Shown here piece after piece: positions 41,613 through 50,609 of a DNA stretch of 64,000 nt. The stretch lies in contig CALYAG010000008.1 of assembly GCA_944393465.1 (NCBI GenBank), forward strand, positions 6,990 through 70,989, in the 5' to 3' direction. The translations under genes were made by a program, and so were the position numbers. The notes under the pieces were generated by a model. It saw nothing but the letters and a program-made list of their open reading frames with translations, was not told the DNA's origin and ran no database searches. This DNA comes from an uncultured Clostridia bacterium (GTDB taxonomy: Bacteria; Bacillota; Clostridia; TANB77; CAG-508). How positions within the stretch are numbered: the stretch's first letter is position 1; the number at the start of each line of letters is the position of its first letter.

Positions 41613-41987
41613 AAATATTAGAATAAAGCAAGAAAGGATTGTGATTTGAATTAGAAAAGTCAATAAAATAAATTAGATTGGAGGAGATAATTATGAGTTT
41701 ATTTGGAAATTTACAACGCACGAAGGCTCAGGACTTGGCTCAGTTGTGTCTGATGTATCTAAAATATGCAAAGGTGCAAAAATAGTAGATAGCTTAGCTA
41801 TTCAAGGAAGTACGGTTCACAGTGCCAAGGAAAAAGTAGAAAATTGGATATTGAAATTTTAGAAAAAGTCGACATATTTTTTTAAGGTATATAAAAATGA
41901 ATTAAAGAAGATAAAAATAATTATAATAGCAAATTTAATTAAGTTTTCATATATTAATATAAGTAATATATGAAAGGAATTTATAAT

Positions 41988-42491
41988 ATGAACGATTTTT
42001 ATAAAAACTATTATGATAATTATAGACAAAATGATGATATGTATGGATATATGAACTATCATAATATAGAGTGTAACAGGATGGATTCATGTTATATAAA
42101 AGATTATGGAGCAGAACCATTTGTTGTAAATATAAATGAAGTAACAAAGCAAAACGAAAATTTTCGTACAGCATTATGGACAGGAGAACATTTACAAATT
42201 ACATTAATGAGTATAAATGTAAGAGAAAGTATTGGATTAGAAATGCATCCAAATGTTGATCAATTTATTGGAATTGAACAGGGATTTGGTTTAGTTCAAA
42301 TGGGTGATAGTGAAAATAATCTTAATTTTGAAAGAAAAGTATGTGATGATTTTGCTTTTGTAATACCAGCGGGAAAATGGCATAATCTTATTAATATAGG
42401 AAATATACCAATAAAATTGTATTCAATATATGCACCGCCTCAACATCCAAAAGGAACGGTTCATAGAACTAAAGAAGATGCAGAGCATTAA
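41988..42491 (+). CDS. Cupin-domain protein
   Basis: LEMHPNVDQF...G and IPAGKWHNLIN cupin motifs 1 and 2. Confidence 0.7.
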   Translation: MNDFYKNYYDNYRQNDDMYGYMNYHNIECNRMDSCYIKDYGAEPFVVNINEVTKQNENFRTALWTGEHLQITLMSINVRESIGLEMHPNVDQFIGIEQGFGLVQMGDSENNLNFERKVCDDFAFVIPAGKWHNLINIGNIPIKLYSIYAPPQHPKGTVHRTKEDAEH

Positions 42492-42578
42492 AAAATACAA
42501 TATTTTCAAAAATTGAGTAGATTAAAAGGTGCAAAGCAAGTGATTTATAATTACTTGCTTTGATTTTTTAAAAAACTA

Positions 42579-42630
42579 TTGACACGGTGTCAGAGATGTG
42601 ATATATAATAATTAAATTGACACGGTGTCA
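42579..42630 (+). promoter_or_regulatory. Promoter with two identical TetR-type palindromic operators
   Basis: TGACACGGTGTCA at 42580-42592 overlaps the TTGACA -35. It recurs at 42618-42630, downstream of the TATATA/TATAAT -10. Confidence 0.55.
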
Positions 42631-42644
42631 GAAGGGAGAAAAAA

Positions 42645-43256
42645 ATGAGCAAGGAAATTGTTGATATGAGAAAAGAAGAAATTATTAACGCTTGCGAAAA
42701 ACTTTATGAAAATAATAGCTTTAAAGATATAACAATAAAAAGTATTGGAGAAAAAACAACATTTTCTCGTACGTCAATATACAATTATTTTCAAACAAAA
42801 GAAGAAATTTTCTTAGCACTTTTAAAAAGAGAATATGAAAGATGGATAGAAGACTTAAATGTAATTTATGAGCAAAATCAAGAAATGACAAAAGAAGTAT
42901 TTGCGGATAAATTAGCTAATACAGTTACTAAAAGAAAGAATTTATTAAAATTGCTTTCTATGAATATGTATGACATGGAAGAGAACAGCAGAATGGAAGA
43001 ATTAATAGACTTTAAAAAAGCTTATGGAGATGCAATAAAAACATTAAAAAAATGTGTGGATAAGTTTTTTGAAAAAATCAGTGAAGAAGAAAGAGAAGAG
43101 TTTGTATGTTTGTTCTTTCCATTAATGTATGGAATTTATCCTTATGCAGAGGTGACAGAAAGACAGTTGCAAGCTATGAAGATTTCTGATGTACCATATA
43201 AAGCTTTATCTATTTACGATATTGCATATAAAGGTATTATAAGATTATTAAACTAA
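42645..43256 (+). CDS. TetR/AcrR-family transcriptional regulator
   Basis: N-terminal HTH (FKDITIKSIGEKTTFSRTSIYNYFQTKEEIF). Confidence 0.85.
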   Translation: MSKEIVDMRKEEIINACEKLYENNSFKDITIKSIGEKTTFSRTSIYNYFQTKEEIFLALLKREYERWIEDLNVIYEQNQEMTKEVFADKLANTVTKRKNLLKLLSMNMYDMEENSRMEELIDFKKAYGDAIKTLKKCVDKFFEKISEEEREEFVCLFFPLMYGIYPYAEVTERQLQAMKISDVPYKALSIYDIAYKGIIRLLN

Positions 43257-43302
43257 GTAATATTATTGTTAATAAAATTAGTCAGAATACAGGAGAAAAA
43301 TT

Positions 43303-43974
43303 ATGAAAAGATTTAGAATGATTTTAGATGTTGTTATGACTTTGCTTTTCATCATTTTGATGGGATATTATGCAACTGAAAATGAAGTACATGAAATATT
43401 AGGAACAATTACCTTTATACTATTTATAATTCATCACGTATTAAACATTAAATGATATAAATCAATTTTTAAAGGAAAACATAACTTTTAAAGAACATTC
43501 CACATTATACTAAATTTATTACTTTTAATAGCTATGGTAGGAATGATGGTAAGTGGAATAATGATTTCAGCAGATGTATTCGCATTTTTAGATATACCTA
43601 CTACAATGCTTGGAAGAAGATTGCATATGTTATCGACTTCTTGGGGATTTGTATTAATGGCAATTCATGTAGGACTTCATATTACAGCATTAATGCAAAA
43701 ATTAAATTCTAAGATGAAAAACAGTACATTTGAATATGTATATTACTTTATATTAGTTCTTTTAGTAGGACTAGGAATATACTCATTTGTAAATTTAAGA
43801 GCAGGGGAAGATATGTTTTTGGTAAATGACTTCAAGTTCTTTGATTATGAGCAAAGTCCATTGTTATTCTACTTAAAATATGTTGCAGTATTAATTGCAA
43901 TTGCACTTGTTATTTATGTTATCTTTTCTTTAATTAGAAAAGTAAAAAATAAAAAAATTAATAATAAAAATTAA
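43303..43974 (+). pseudogene. DUF4405-like (cytochrome-b-type) membrane protein with two in-frame stops
   Basis: A single frame runs from ATG 43303 to 43974, interrupted by TGA (43453-43455, where homologs as I recall have Trp in HH.LN..W) and TAA (43489-43491). Confidence 0.55.
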
Positions 43975-43992
43975 AAAAGGAGGAAATTAAAA

Positions 43993-44381
43993 ATGCAAAA
44001 AAATATTGGTTCAAAATTAGCATTATATCCAATGCCATTATTAGTAATAGGAACAATGGTAGATGGAAAAGTAAATTGGCTTTTAGCTGGACATAGCGGA
44101 ATTATAGGACATGATAGAGTTATGGTAAGTTTAGTAAAAGCTCACTATACAAATAAAGGAATTAAAGAAACAAAAAAATTATCTATAAACTTAGTTAGTG
44201 AAGAGATGCTTTTGATAATTTTATAATGACAATAGATAATACTTATGTTCAAGAAGAAAATTTGGACGAGCGTGGAAAAATAGATTATACCAAATTTAGT
44301 CCAGTATTATTTGAGTTTCCAAAATACACTTATTTGAGAACAGGAGATACAATTGGAAATTGTTTAAAATTGGATAAATAA
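43993..44381 (+). pseudogene. Flavin reductase-like (FMN-binding split-barrel) gene, broken
   Basis: The N-terminal 77 aa (LALYPMPLLVIGTMVDGKVNW) ends at 44226. The C-terminal end (GKIDYTKFSPVLFEFPKYTYLRTGDTIG) continues in another frame. The central part is missing. Confidence 0.55.
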
Positions 44382-44456
44382 TGGTCGAGGCTTTTTAGAA
44401 AAATATCTTATAAAAACTTAAGAAATTAAAAAGAGTAAAGTAAGGAGGTTTTAGTT

Positions 44457-44753
44457 ATGAGTTTAACAATTAATATTTATTATACAGGTGAAAATGGAAG
44501 TGCAAAAAAATTTGCAGAAGAAATGGTATCATCAGGAGTTGTAGATAGAGTAAGAGCTGAAAAAGGTAATTTAAGATATAATTACTTTTTCCCAATGGAT
44601 GACCCAGAAACAGTTCTATTAATTGACAGATGGGAAAGTGAAGAGGCTTTAGATGAGCATCACAAATCTCCTATGATGAAAGAAATAGCAGATTTAAGAG
44701 ATAAATATCATCTTCACATGAGGGTTGAACAATTTATAGAAAAAAATGTATAA
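44457..44753 (+). CDS. Antibiotic biosynthesis monooxygenase (ABM) family protein
   Basis: 98 aa, with LLIDRWESEEALDEHHKSPMM typical of ABM/quinol monooxygenases. Confidence 0.7.
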   Translation: MSLTINIYYTGENGSAKKFAEEMVSSGVVDRVRAEKGNLRYNYFFPMDDPETVLLIDRWESEEALDEHHKSPMMKEIADLRDKYHLHMRVEQFIEKNV

Positions 44754-44785
44754 TAATAATATAATAATAAAAGGAAGGTGATAAT

Positions 44786-45241
44786 ATGAGCAAAATTTTA
44801 GTAGCTTATTTTTCAGCTAGTGGAGTTACAAAAAATGTAGCAGAGAAAATTGCAAGTATAGTTAAAGGAGATTTATTTGAAATTGAACCAAAAGAAAAAT
44901 ATACAGATGAAGATTTAAATTGGCACAATAAACAAAGCAGATCATCTGTTGAAATGAAAGATAAATCTTCAAGACCAGAAATAAAAGAAAATAATATTAA
45001 TTTAACTAAAACTGAATATATCATATTGAGACAATTATTATTAAATCCAAAACAAATTACAACAAAAACTAAATTAATACAACTACTAAATGAGAATAAT
45101 GAAATAAATATTGAAACTCAAGTATGTGATGAAAATTCTTTAAAAGTTCATATAAGTAATATAAGAAAGAAAATAAAAAAAGTTACAGAGCAACCATATA
45201 TAGAATCTGTATGGGGTATTGGATTTAAATTATATGACTAA
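44786..45241 (+). CDS. Chimeric ORF: flavodoxin N-terminus fused in frame to an OmpR-type winged-helix C-terminus
   Basis: Residues 1 to about 70 ([19 protein letters not shown]...[22 protein letters not shown]) are flavodoxin-like. Residues from about 72 to 151 ([13 protein letters not shown]...[13 protein letters not shown]...VWGIGFKL) are a response-regulator DNA-binding domain. Confidence 0.6.
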   Translation: MSKILVAYFSASGVTKNVAEKIASIVKGDLFEIEPKEKYTDEDLNWHNKQSRSSVEMKDKSSRPEIKENNINLTKTEYIILRQLLLNPKQITTKTKLIQLLNENNEINIETQVCDENSLKVHISNIRKKIKKVTEQPYIESVWGIGFKLYD

Positions 45242-45367
45242 AAATATTAACTATTTTTTTACTAATCATTAACTATTTTATGATTAAGGCTATAAAAAAA
45301 TCTTAATATACAAATAATCAAAAGAGAAAAAATTTACTAGAGAGTAATTATTACTCTCTAATTTTAT

Positions 45368-46132
45368 TTACATATAATCTTCTATATACAAGGCTTTTGC
45401 AATATAAGGTGTTACTTCATCGATATTATACCATCCAGAACTTTTACTATTATTCTCCAAGCCATTTGGATTAGAAACATAAACCATATTATTATTATCT
45501 GCAGCAAGAAGAACTAGATAATGAGATGCAGTAGTCCAACGATTATCAGTTGGATTATTCCAAACACAAACGATAATTGGTCTATTAGATTGTAAGTGCT
45601 CAATTATAGACTCGTCTGACAAATGGACTGAGTCATAATAAAAATCCGAATTTTTTATGCCAAACTTTGAAGATAATTCGTTAGAAAAATTTTCATAATC
45701 CATTACAGGATAATACATCTCTCTTAAATCTTCAGGAGTATAATTTTTACCATATCCACTTAAAATAATTGCTAGAGCAGTTATTCCACAACCATTTTCA
45801 GTCATTGTTCCACCCCAATATTCATTATTACTCCAAGAAGAATCACCATTTTGTTTGTATTCAATATATGTTTTTTTATATTTATCTACTGTTGTAAAAG
45901 TTGTAAAATATCCGTCTTTGTCTTTTACTTTTTCTTGACCAATTCCTAAGTAATTATTATTTATATCTTGTTTTATTACTTTGTATTTATCTGATGAATT
46001 AAATAGGGTTAAATTGGAGTGAAAGTTAGAAAAATTATTTACAAAATTATTATACAAACAGATAATTACCATCATTAATAATATAAAAATTAATACTTTC
46101 CTTTTATTTAATTTTTTCTTAGCATGTTTCAT
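45368..46132 (-). CDS. Secreted C39-like cysteine peptidase family protein
   Basis: N-terminal anchor and an ENGCGITALAIILSGYG catalytic-Cys motif typical of Peptidase_C39_2. Confidence 0.55.
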   Translation of the reverse strand: MKHAKKKLNKRKVLIFILLMMVIICLYNNFVNNFSNFHSNLTLFNSSDKYKVIKQDINNNYLGIGQEKVKDKDGYFTTFTTVDKYKKTYIEYKQNGDSSWSNNEYWGGTMTENGCGITALAIILSGYGKNYTPEDLREMYYPVMDYENFSNELSSKFGIKNSDFYYDSVHLSDESIIEHLQSNRPIIVCVWNNPTDNRWTTASHYLVLLAADNNNMVYVSNPNGLENNSKSSGWYNIDEVTPYIAKALYIEDYM

Positions 46133-46274
46133 TGATTTTTCCTCCTTAACTTAAAATAATTATAACTAAAATCAAATAATAGATTTTTAATAAACCATTA
46201 ATAAATTCTTAAATTTTTCTTACAATTCTAGCTTTTATTGAAAAATATGCTATAATCACAATGGAGGAAAGAAA

Positions 46275-46958
46275 ATGAACGTTTTAGTACTAGATGATGA
46301 AAAGGAAATTGCAGATTTAGTAGAAGTTTATTTACAAAATGAAAACTATAATGTTTATAAATTCTACAATTCAGCGGATGCAATAAAATGTATTGATACA
46401 ATACCACTAGATATAGCAATTTTGGATGTTATGATACAAGGTAAAAATGGATTTGAAATTTGTAGATATATTAGAGAAAAGAAATTAAAATTTCCAGTTA
46501 TAATGCTTACTGCTAAAATAGAAGATAATGATAAAATAAAAGGTCTAACTTTAGGAGCGGATGACTATATAACAAAACCATTTAACCCATTAGAATTAGT
46601 TGCCAGAGTAAAATCGGCATTAAGAAGATATACTTTATATAATACCGATGAAAAAAATAATGATATTATTGAAATAAACGGTTTAGTAATATATAAAGAT
46701 GAGCATAAATGCTTGTTATATGATAAAAAAGTAGATTTAACTCCTATAGAGTTTGAAATATTATTATATTTAGCAAGTAACAGAGGAAAAGTTATTAGTT
46801 CAGAAGAATTATTTGAGAAAGTTTGGAAAGAAAAATATTTTGATAGTAACAATACTGTTATGGTTCATATTAGAAGAATAAGGGAAAAATTAGGAGAAAA
46901 TACTAAAGAACCTAAATTTATAAAAACAGTATGGGGTGTAGGTTACAAAATTGAATAG
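46275..46958 (+). CDS. OmpR-family response regulator (VanR-like)
   Basis: Receiver domain (LVLDDE, DVMIQGKNG, LTAK) and a wHTH C-terminus (VWGVGYKIE). Confidence 0.9.
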   Translation: MNVLVLDDEKEIADLVEVYLQNENYNVYKFYNSADAIKCIDTIPLDIAILDVMIQGKNGFEICRYIREKKLKFPVIMLTAKIEDNDKIKGLTLGADDYITKPFNPLELVARVKSALRRYTLYNTDEKNNDIIEINGLVIYKDEHKCLLYDKKVDLTPIEFEILLYLASNRGKVISSEELFEKVWKEKYFDSNNTVMVHIRRIREKLGENTKEPKFIKTVWGVGYKIE

Positions 46959-46969
46959 GAGGGCTTTAA

Positions 46970-48049
46970 GTGGAAATAAATGAAGTAACTAAAAAGAAAT
47001 TAAAATTGTTTATAAATTTAATGGGAAATTTAGTAATAGCAGCAGTAATTTCTATTGTAATTTATTTTATATTGGCTTTATTTTTTGAAAATATTATATC
47101 TGACTTAGTAGCGAGATTAAATTATGATTTATATAGTTGGATAGTTTATAACAGAGATATAGTTGTTTATGCTTATATCTTCATAGTTCTTGCTATTATA
47201 ATATACAGATTTATTTCAAAGTATGTTGATAGTATTAATGAAGTCTATAAATCACTAGATTTAATACTAAAGGAAGATAATGAAACTATAAAACTACCAA
47301 GTGAAGTAAATGAATTTTCAGACAAATTAAACGATATAAAATATGATTATATTTTAAGCAAGAAAAAGGCAAAAGAAGCAGAGGACAAAAAAAATGATTT
47401 AATTATGTATATGGCTCATGATTTAAAAACACCTCTAACATCAATTATCGGATATTTAACTTTGCTCAAAGATGAGAAGGATATATCAAAAGAATCACAG
47501 GAAAAATATATAAAAATTGCATTAGACAAATCATTAAGAGTAGAAGAATTAACAAACCAATTTTTTGATATAACTAGATATGATTTACATTCTATGCCTA
47601 TTAACAAAAAAGAAATAAATTTATCTTATTTGTTAGAACAATTAGTAGATGAATGTTATCCAATGCTAGAAAAGAATAATTTGAAATGTAAACTGAATGT
47701 ACCAAATACAGTGATGTATATAGGTGATGGAGATAAGTTAGCAAGGGCATTTGATAATTTATTAAAAAATGCAATAAATTATAGTTATAAAGGGACTACT
47801 ATAGAAATTGAACTTAAACAAATAGAAAATAAAATAAAAATTAGCTTTAAAAATAAGGGAGATAAAATACCTCAATATAAACTTGATAAGATTTTTGAAA
47901 AATTTTATAGAGGAGATGATTCAAGAACTAGCTCTACTGGTGGAGCAGGACTGGGTCTTGCAATAACAAAAGAAATAATAGAACTGCATAATGGAAATAT
48001 AAAAGTCAAAAATGATGATGAATATATTGAGTTTGATATTGAATTATAA
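46970..48049 (+). CDS. Sensor histidine kinase (VanS-like)
   Basis: Two TM helices, H-box MAHDLKTPLTSIIGY, N-box LLKNAINYS and G-box GGAGLGLAI. GTG start follows AGGAGGG. Confidence 0.85.
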   Translation: MEINEVTKKKLKLFINLMGNLVIAAVISIVIYFILALFFENIISDLVARLNYDLYSWIVYNRDIVVYAYIFIVLAIIIYRFISKYVDSINEVYKSLDLILKEDNETIKLPSEVNEFSDKLNDIKYDYILSKKKAKEAEDKKNDLIMYMAHDLKTPLTSIIGYLTLLKDEKDISKESQEKYIKIALDKSLRVEELTNQFFDITRYDLHSMPINKKEINLSYLLEQLVDECYPMLEKNNLKCKLNVPNTVMYIGDGDKLARAFDNLLKNAINYSYKGTTIEIELKQIENKIKISFKNKGDKIPQYKLDKIFEKFYRGDDSRTSSTGGAGLGLAITKEIIELHNGNIKVKNDDEYIEFDIEL

Positions 48050-48090
48050 ACTTGTAATATAGCTTTTTGGGGATCACCTCCCCAAAAGCC

Positions 48091-49020
48091 CTAAAAACAT
48101 TCGTTATTATGATAAAATTTACCTTGCCACAAATCTTGCTCTTTCAATAATTTTTCAAAACCATTTAATACCCATTTTTTATGCAAATTCCATTTTGGGG
48201 CTACAAGCAAATCTTTCGGCGCATCTCCAGAAATCCTATGAATTATAATGTTTGGGCTTAAATGAGTTATAACATAAGCCAAATTTTCCAAATAATAATC
48301 TAAAGTAATTGGAATATATTTATTTTCATAATACATATCTGCCAAAACAGTATCTTTAACAACATAGGTGGAATGTATTTTAAGTCCTTGAATATCATGT
48401 GAATTTATAAAATTAACAGTATTTTTTATATCTTCAAAAGTTTCGGTAGGAAGCCCAATCATTATATGAGCTATAACTTCAATATTATGCTTTCTTAAAA
48501 TGTTAACAGCATTTGTAAATTGTGCACTTGAATAACAACGATTAATCAAATTTCCAATTGCATCATTAGAAGTTTGCAAGCCAAGTTCAACGGAAACATT
48601 ATACTTATCAGAATATGAGGCAAGTAAATTAGCAATTTCTTCATTAATACAATCAGGTCTTGTTGCAACAGACAAACCAATAATTCTATTGTCAATTAAA
48701 GCTGCATCATATTTTGATTTTAGATTTGGAATAGAATCATATGTATTTGTAAAATTTTGAAAGTATACAATGAATTTATTTGCACGTTTTCCTCTATAGC
48801 TATTTAAAAAATTTTGAACTTGCTTAGTAATGTTTAGATTAGAAAATTTTATTAATTCTCCCGAACCTTTGTTACTACAAAATATACAACCGGAGTGGCT
48901 TAATGTACCATCACGATTAGGACATGTAAACCCTGCATCAATACAGATTTTTAATGTCCTTTCACCAAATTTATTTTTATAATATGTATTTAAGTGATTA
49001 TATCTTTCTTTATTTTCCAT
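48091..49020 (-). CDS. TIGR01212-family radical SAM protein
   Basis: KICIDAGFTCPNRDGTLSHSGCIFCS N-terminal cluster motif. Confidence 0.85.
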   Translation of the reverse strand: MENKERYNHLNTYYKNKFGERTLKICIDAGFTCPNRDGTLSHSGCIFCSNKGSGELIKFSNLNITKQVQNFLNSYRGKRANKFIVYFQNFTNTYDSIPNLKSKYDAALIDNRIIGLSVATRPDCINEEIANLLASYSDKYNVSVELGLQTSNDAIGNLINRCYSSAQFTNAVNILRKHNIEVIAHIMIGLPTETFEDIKNTVNFINSHDIQGLKIHSTYVVKDTVLADMYYENKYIPITLDYYLENLAYVITHLSPNIIIHRISGDAPKDLLVAPKWNLHKKWVLNGFEKLLKEQDLWQGKFYHNNECF

Positions 49021-49098
49021 AATACATTAATTATAGCAGATATGCTGAGAAACGGCAATTAATAAAATGAATTTTTTTTATAAAATCTACGAAAAATA

Positions 49099-49127
49099 TT
49101 GATTATTATTAAAAAATGTGCTATATT
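49099..49127 (+). promoter_or_regulatory. Candidate promoter of the antitoxin-RNA/toxin operon
   Basis: TTGATT, a 17-nt spacer ending in TGc, then TATATT, about 60 nt upstream of the repeat array. Confidence 0.4.
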
Positions 49128-49190
49128 TAATTATAGTAAGCAATAAATTTATAAAAATTGCATATAATATTATTGCTATAAAAAATAGCT

Positions 49191-49302
49191 AAAAAGTTGG
49201 TGAATCCAGCCAATAAATGGAACTTAAAAAAGCGGTGAATCCAGCCAATAAGTGGAACTTAAAAAAGCGGTGTATCCAGCCATAAGTTGGAATTTAAAAA
49301 AG
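49191..49302 (+). ncRNA. Type III antitoxin RNA repeats (antiQ/ToxI-like), 3 x 35 nt plus a partial copy
   Basis: Contiguous 35-nt units at 49191-49225, 49226-49260 and 49261-49295 (aaaaaagcggtgaatccagccaataagtggaactt consensus), then a 7-nt partial unit. They lie directly upstream of a terminator and an AbiQ/ToxN-like CDS. Confidence 0.8.
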
Positions 49303-49336
49303 AAGATTAGAGTTTAGGCTCTAATCTTTAATTTTT
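49303..49336 (+). terminator. Intrinsic terminator between the antitoxin repeats and the toxin gene
   Basis: 10-bp stem aagattagag / ctctaatctt followed by a T-rich tract. This is the canonical position in type III TA loci. Confidence 0.65.
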
Positions 49337-49393
49337 AATTGTCTTTTTTTCGAAAATAATATATAATAGACTAAATTTAAGGAGGCAGATATA

Positions 49394-49903
49394 ATGATAT
49401 TAAATTTAGAGATAGTAAGAGTCGATTCAGATTATTGCGATTATTTAAGAAAATTTGATAACAAAGTAGCTTACAATAAATACGAAAAGGAATTAAGACC
49501 GTTTATAGGCATATTATTTGAAATAGATACTTGTAAGTATTTCGCTCCTTTGTCTAGCCCAAAGCCAAAACATAAAAAAATGAAAAACATGATAGATTTT
49601 TTCAAGATAAAAGATGGAGAATTAGGTGCAGTTAATTTTAATAATATGATACCTGTAACAGATAATAATTATACTTTAGTGGATTTAAATAAAGAAACAT
49701 TGACTATAGCAGAACAAAAATATCAAAAGTTATTAAAAGAGCAATTAAGTTGGTTAAATGCTCATTACCGACAAGTAAAAAATAAATCTTTTAAGTTATA
49801 TCAATTATATAATAGTGGAAAATTACCAGATAATATTAAATCAAGATGTTGTAATTTTAAATTATTAGAAGAGAAATGTTTAGAATATAATAAGGCAAAA
49901 TAG
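49394..49903 (+). CDS. Type III toxin-antitoxin system ToxN/AbiQ-family endoribonuclease toxin
   Basis: 169 aa. DYCDYLRKFDNKV and RPFIGILFEIDTCKYFAPLSSPKPKHKKM match my recollection of the AbiQ/ToxN family. The locus architecture (repeats, terminator, toxin) fits. Confidence 0.8.
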   Translation: MILNLEIVRVDSDYCDYLRKFDNKVAYNKYEKELRPFIGILFEIDTCKYFAPLSSPKPKHKKMKNMIDFFKIKDGELGAVNFNNMIPVTDNNYTLVDLNKETLTIAEQKYQKLLKEQLSWLNAHYRQVKNKSFKLYQLYNSGKLPDNIKSRCCNFKLLEEKCLEYNKAK

Positions 49904-49924
49904 TATGTTGTAGAGGATGAGTCA

Positions 49925-50035
49925 AATAAAATAAAAAATAATTATATACGGAGGTAATATACATGGTAGATTTAAAAAAATTGCAAAAAGAAATTTATCA
50001 AAATAAAGTTAATAAAGGATTTAATGTGACAGATA
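49925..50035 (+). repeat. 111-bp direct repeat, copy 1 (RBS plus first 24 codons of the MazG-like gene)
   Basis: Matches 51718-51828 with about 4 mismatches by hand alignment. Confidence 0.85.
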
Positions 50036-50286
50036 TAAATAAAGAATTTTGCTTGACTTATGGCGAAGTTGCTGAAGCATATGAAGCATGGAGAAAAAAG
50101 AAAGACGATTTAGGTGAAGAATTGGCAGATGTTGCTATATATTTATTGGGATTATCAGAAATATTAGGAATAGATTTAGAAGATGAAATACAGAAAAAAG
50201 TATGCAAAAATGCCAAAAGGGAATATAAAATTATTGATGGAGTAAATACAAGAGTTAAAGAGTTTGATGGAGAAAATGAAAGGTAA
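49963..50286 (+). CDS. MazG-like nucleotide pyrophosphohydrolase (small all-alpha type)
   Basis: 107 aa, with YGEVAEAYEAWRK and GEELADVAIYLLGL metal-binding helix motifs. Confidence 0.7.
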   Translation: MVDLKKLQKEIYQNKVNKGFNVTDINKEFCLTYGEVAEAYEAWRKKKDDLGEELADVAIYLLGLSEILGIDLEDEIQKKVCKNAKREYKIIDGVNTRVKEFDGENER

Positions 50287-50348
50287 AAGCCATTTAAATT
50301 ATATGTTTTAGTAGATTTATGAATAGGCTATTTAACATTTAATAAAAA

Positions 50349-50408
50349 TTGACAATATAAAGAATAAAGTATAGAATAAAGTATAAAATAAAGTGCGGAA
50401 TAAAATAT
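50349..50408 (+). promoter_or_regulatory. TTGACA-17-TAGAAT promoter embedded in 4 tandem 12-nt repeats
   Basis: TTGACA at 50349-50354 and TAGAAT at 50372-50377. Repeats agaataaagtat, agaataaagtat, aaaataaagtgc and ggaataaaatat span 50361-50408. Confidence 0.45.
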
Positions 50409-50444
50409 GAATATTTTTTTTGCTTTTGGAGGTAAAAAAGAAAA

Positions 50445-50609
50445 ATGCGAACAAGAGAAATATATGATGCTAACTATAATAAAGATCTTAGTGTAATAAT
50501 AAAAAGTAAAAAAGATTTAAAAGAAAAATTGAAAAAAGGTTTAGAAGACATTGAAGCTAATAGAGTTTACTCTTTAGATGAAGTGTTTGCAAAAATAGAT
50601 ACTATATAA
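50445..50609 (+). CDS. 54-aa patchwork ORF (acetyltransferase-derived 5' piece plus antitoxin-like C-terminus)
   Basis: GGAGG RBS. Codons 4-15 duplicate 53143-53178. The C-terminal GLEDIEANRVYSLDEVFAKID and its terminator duplicate 55318-55425. Confidence 0.35.
   Translation: MRTREIYDANYNKDLSVIIKSKKDLKEKLKKGLEDIEANRVYSLDEVFAKIDTI

Noticed and set aside
42571-42584. Identical 14-nt promoter prefix aaaaactattgaca upstream of both the TetR (42571-42584) and GntR (55431-55444) genes
   Set aside because: It is short and AT-rich and ends in the generic -35 hexamer. The downstream operators are unrelated, so this is probably coincidence.
43453-43455. TGA at a conserved Trp position, suggesting genetic code 4 (TGA = Trp)
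   Set aside because: Trp is encoded by TGG throughout the window. TGA ends well-supported genes, for example the dac gene at 9118-9120. A second in-frame stop (TAA) lies 36 nt further on. Pseudogenisation fits better.
49191-49302. Possible CRISPR array (regular ~35-nt repeats)
   Set aside because: The repeats are contiguous with no spacers and sit before a terminator and an AbiQ/ToxN-like gene. That identifies them as a type III antitoxin RNA array.
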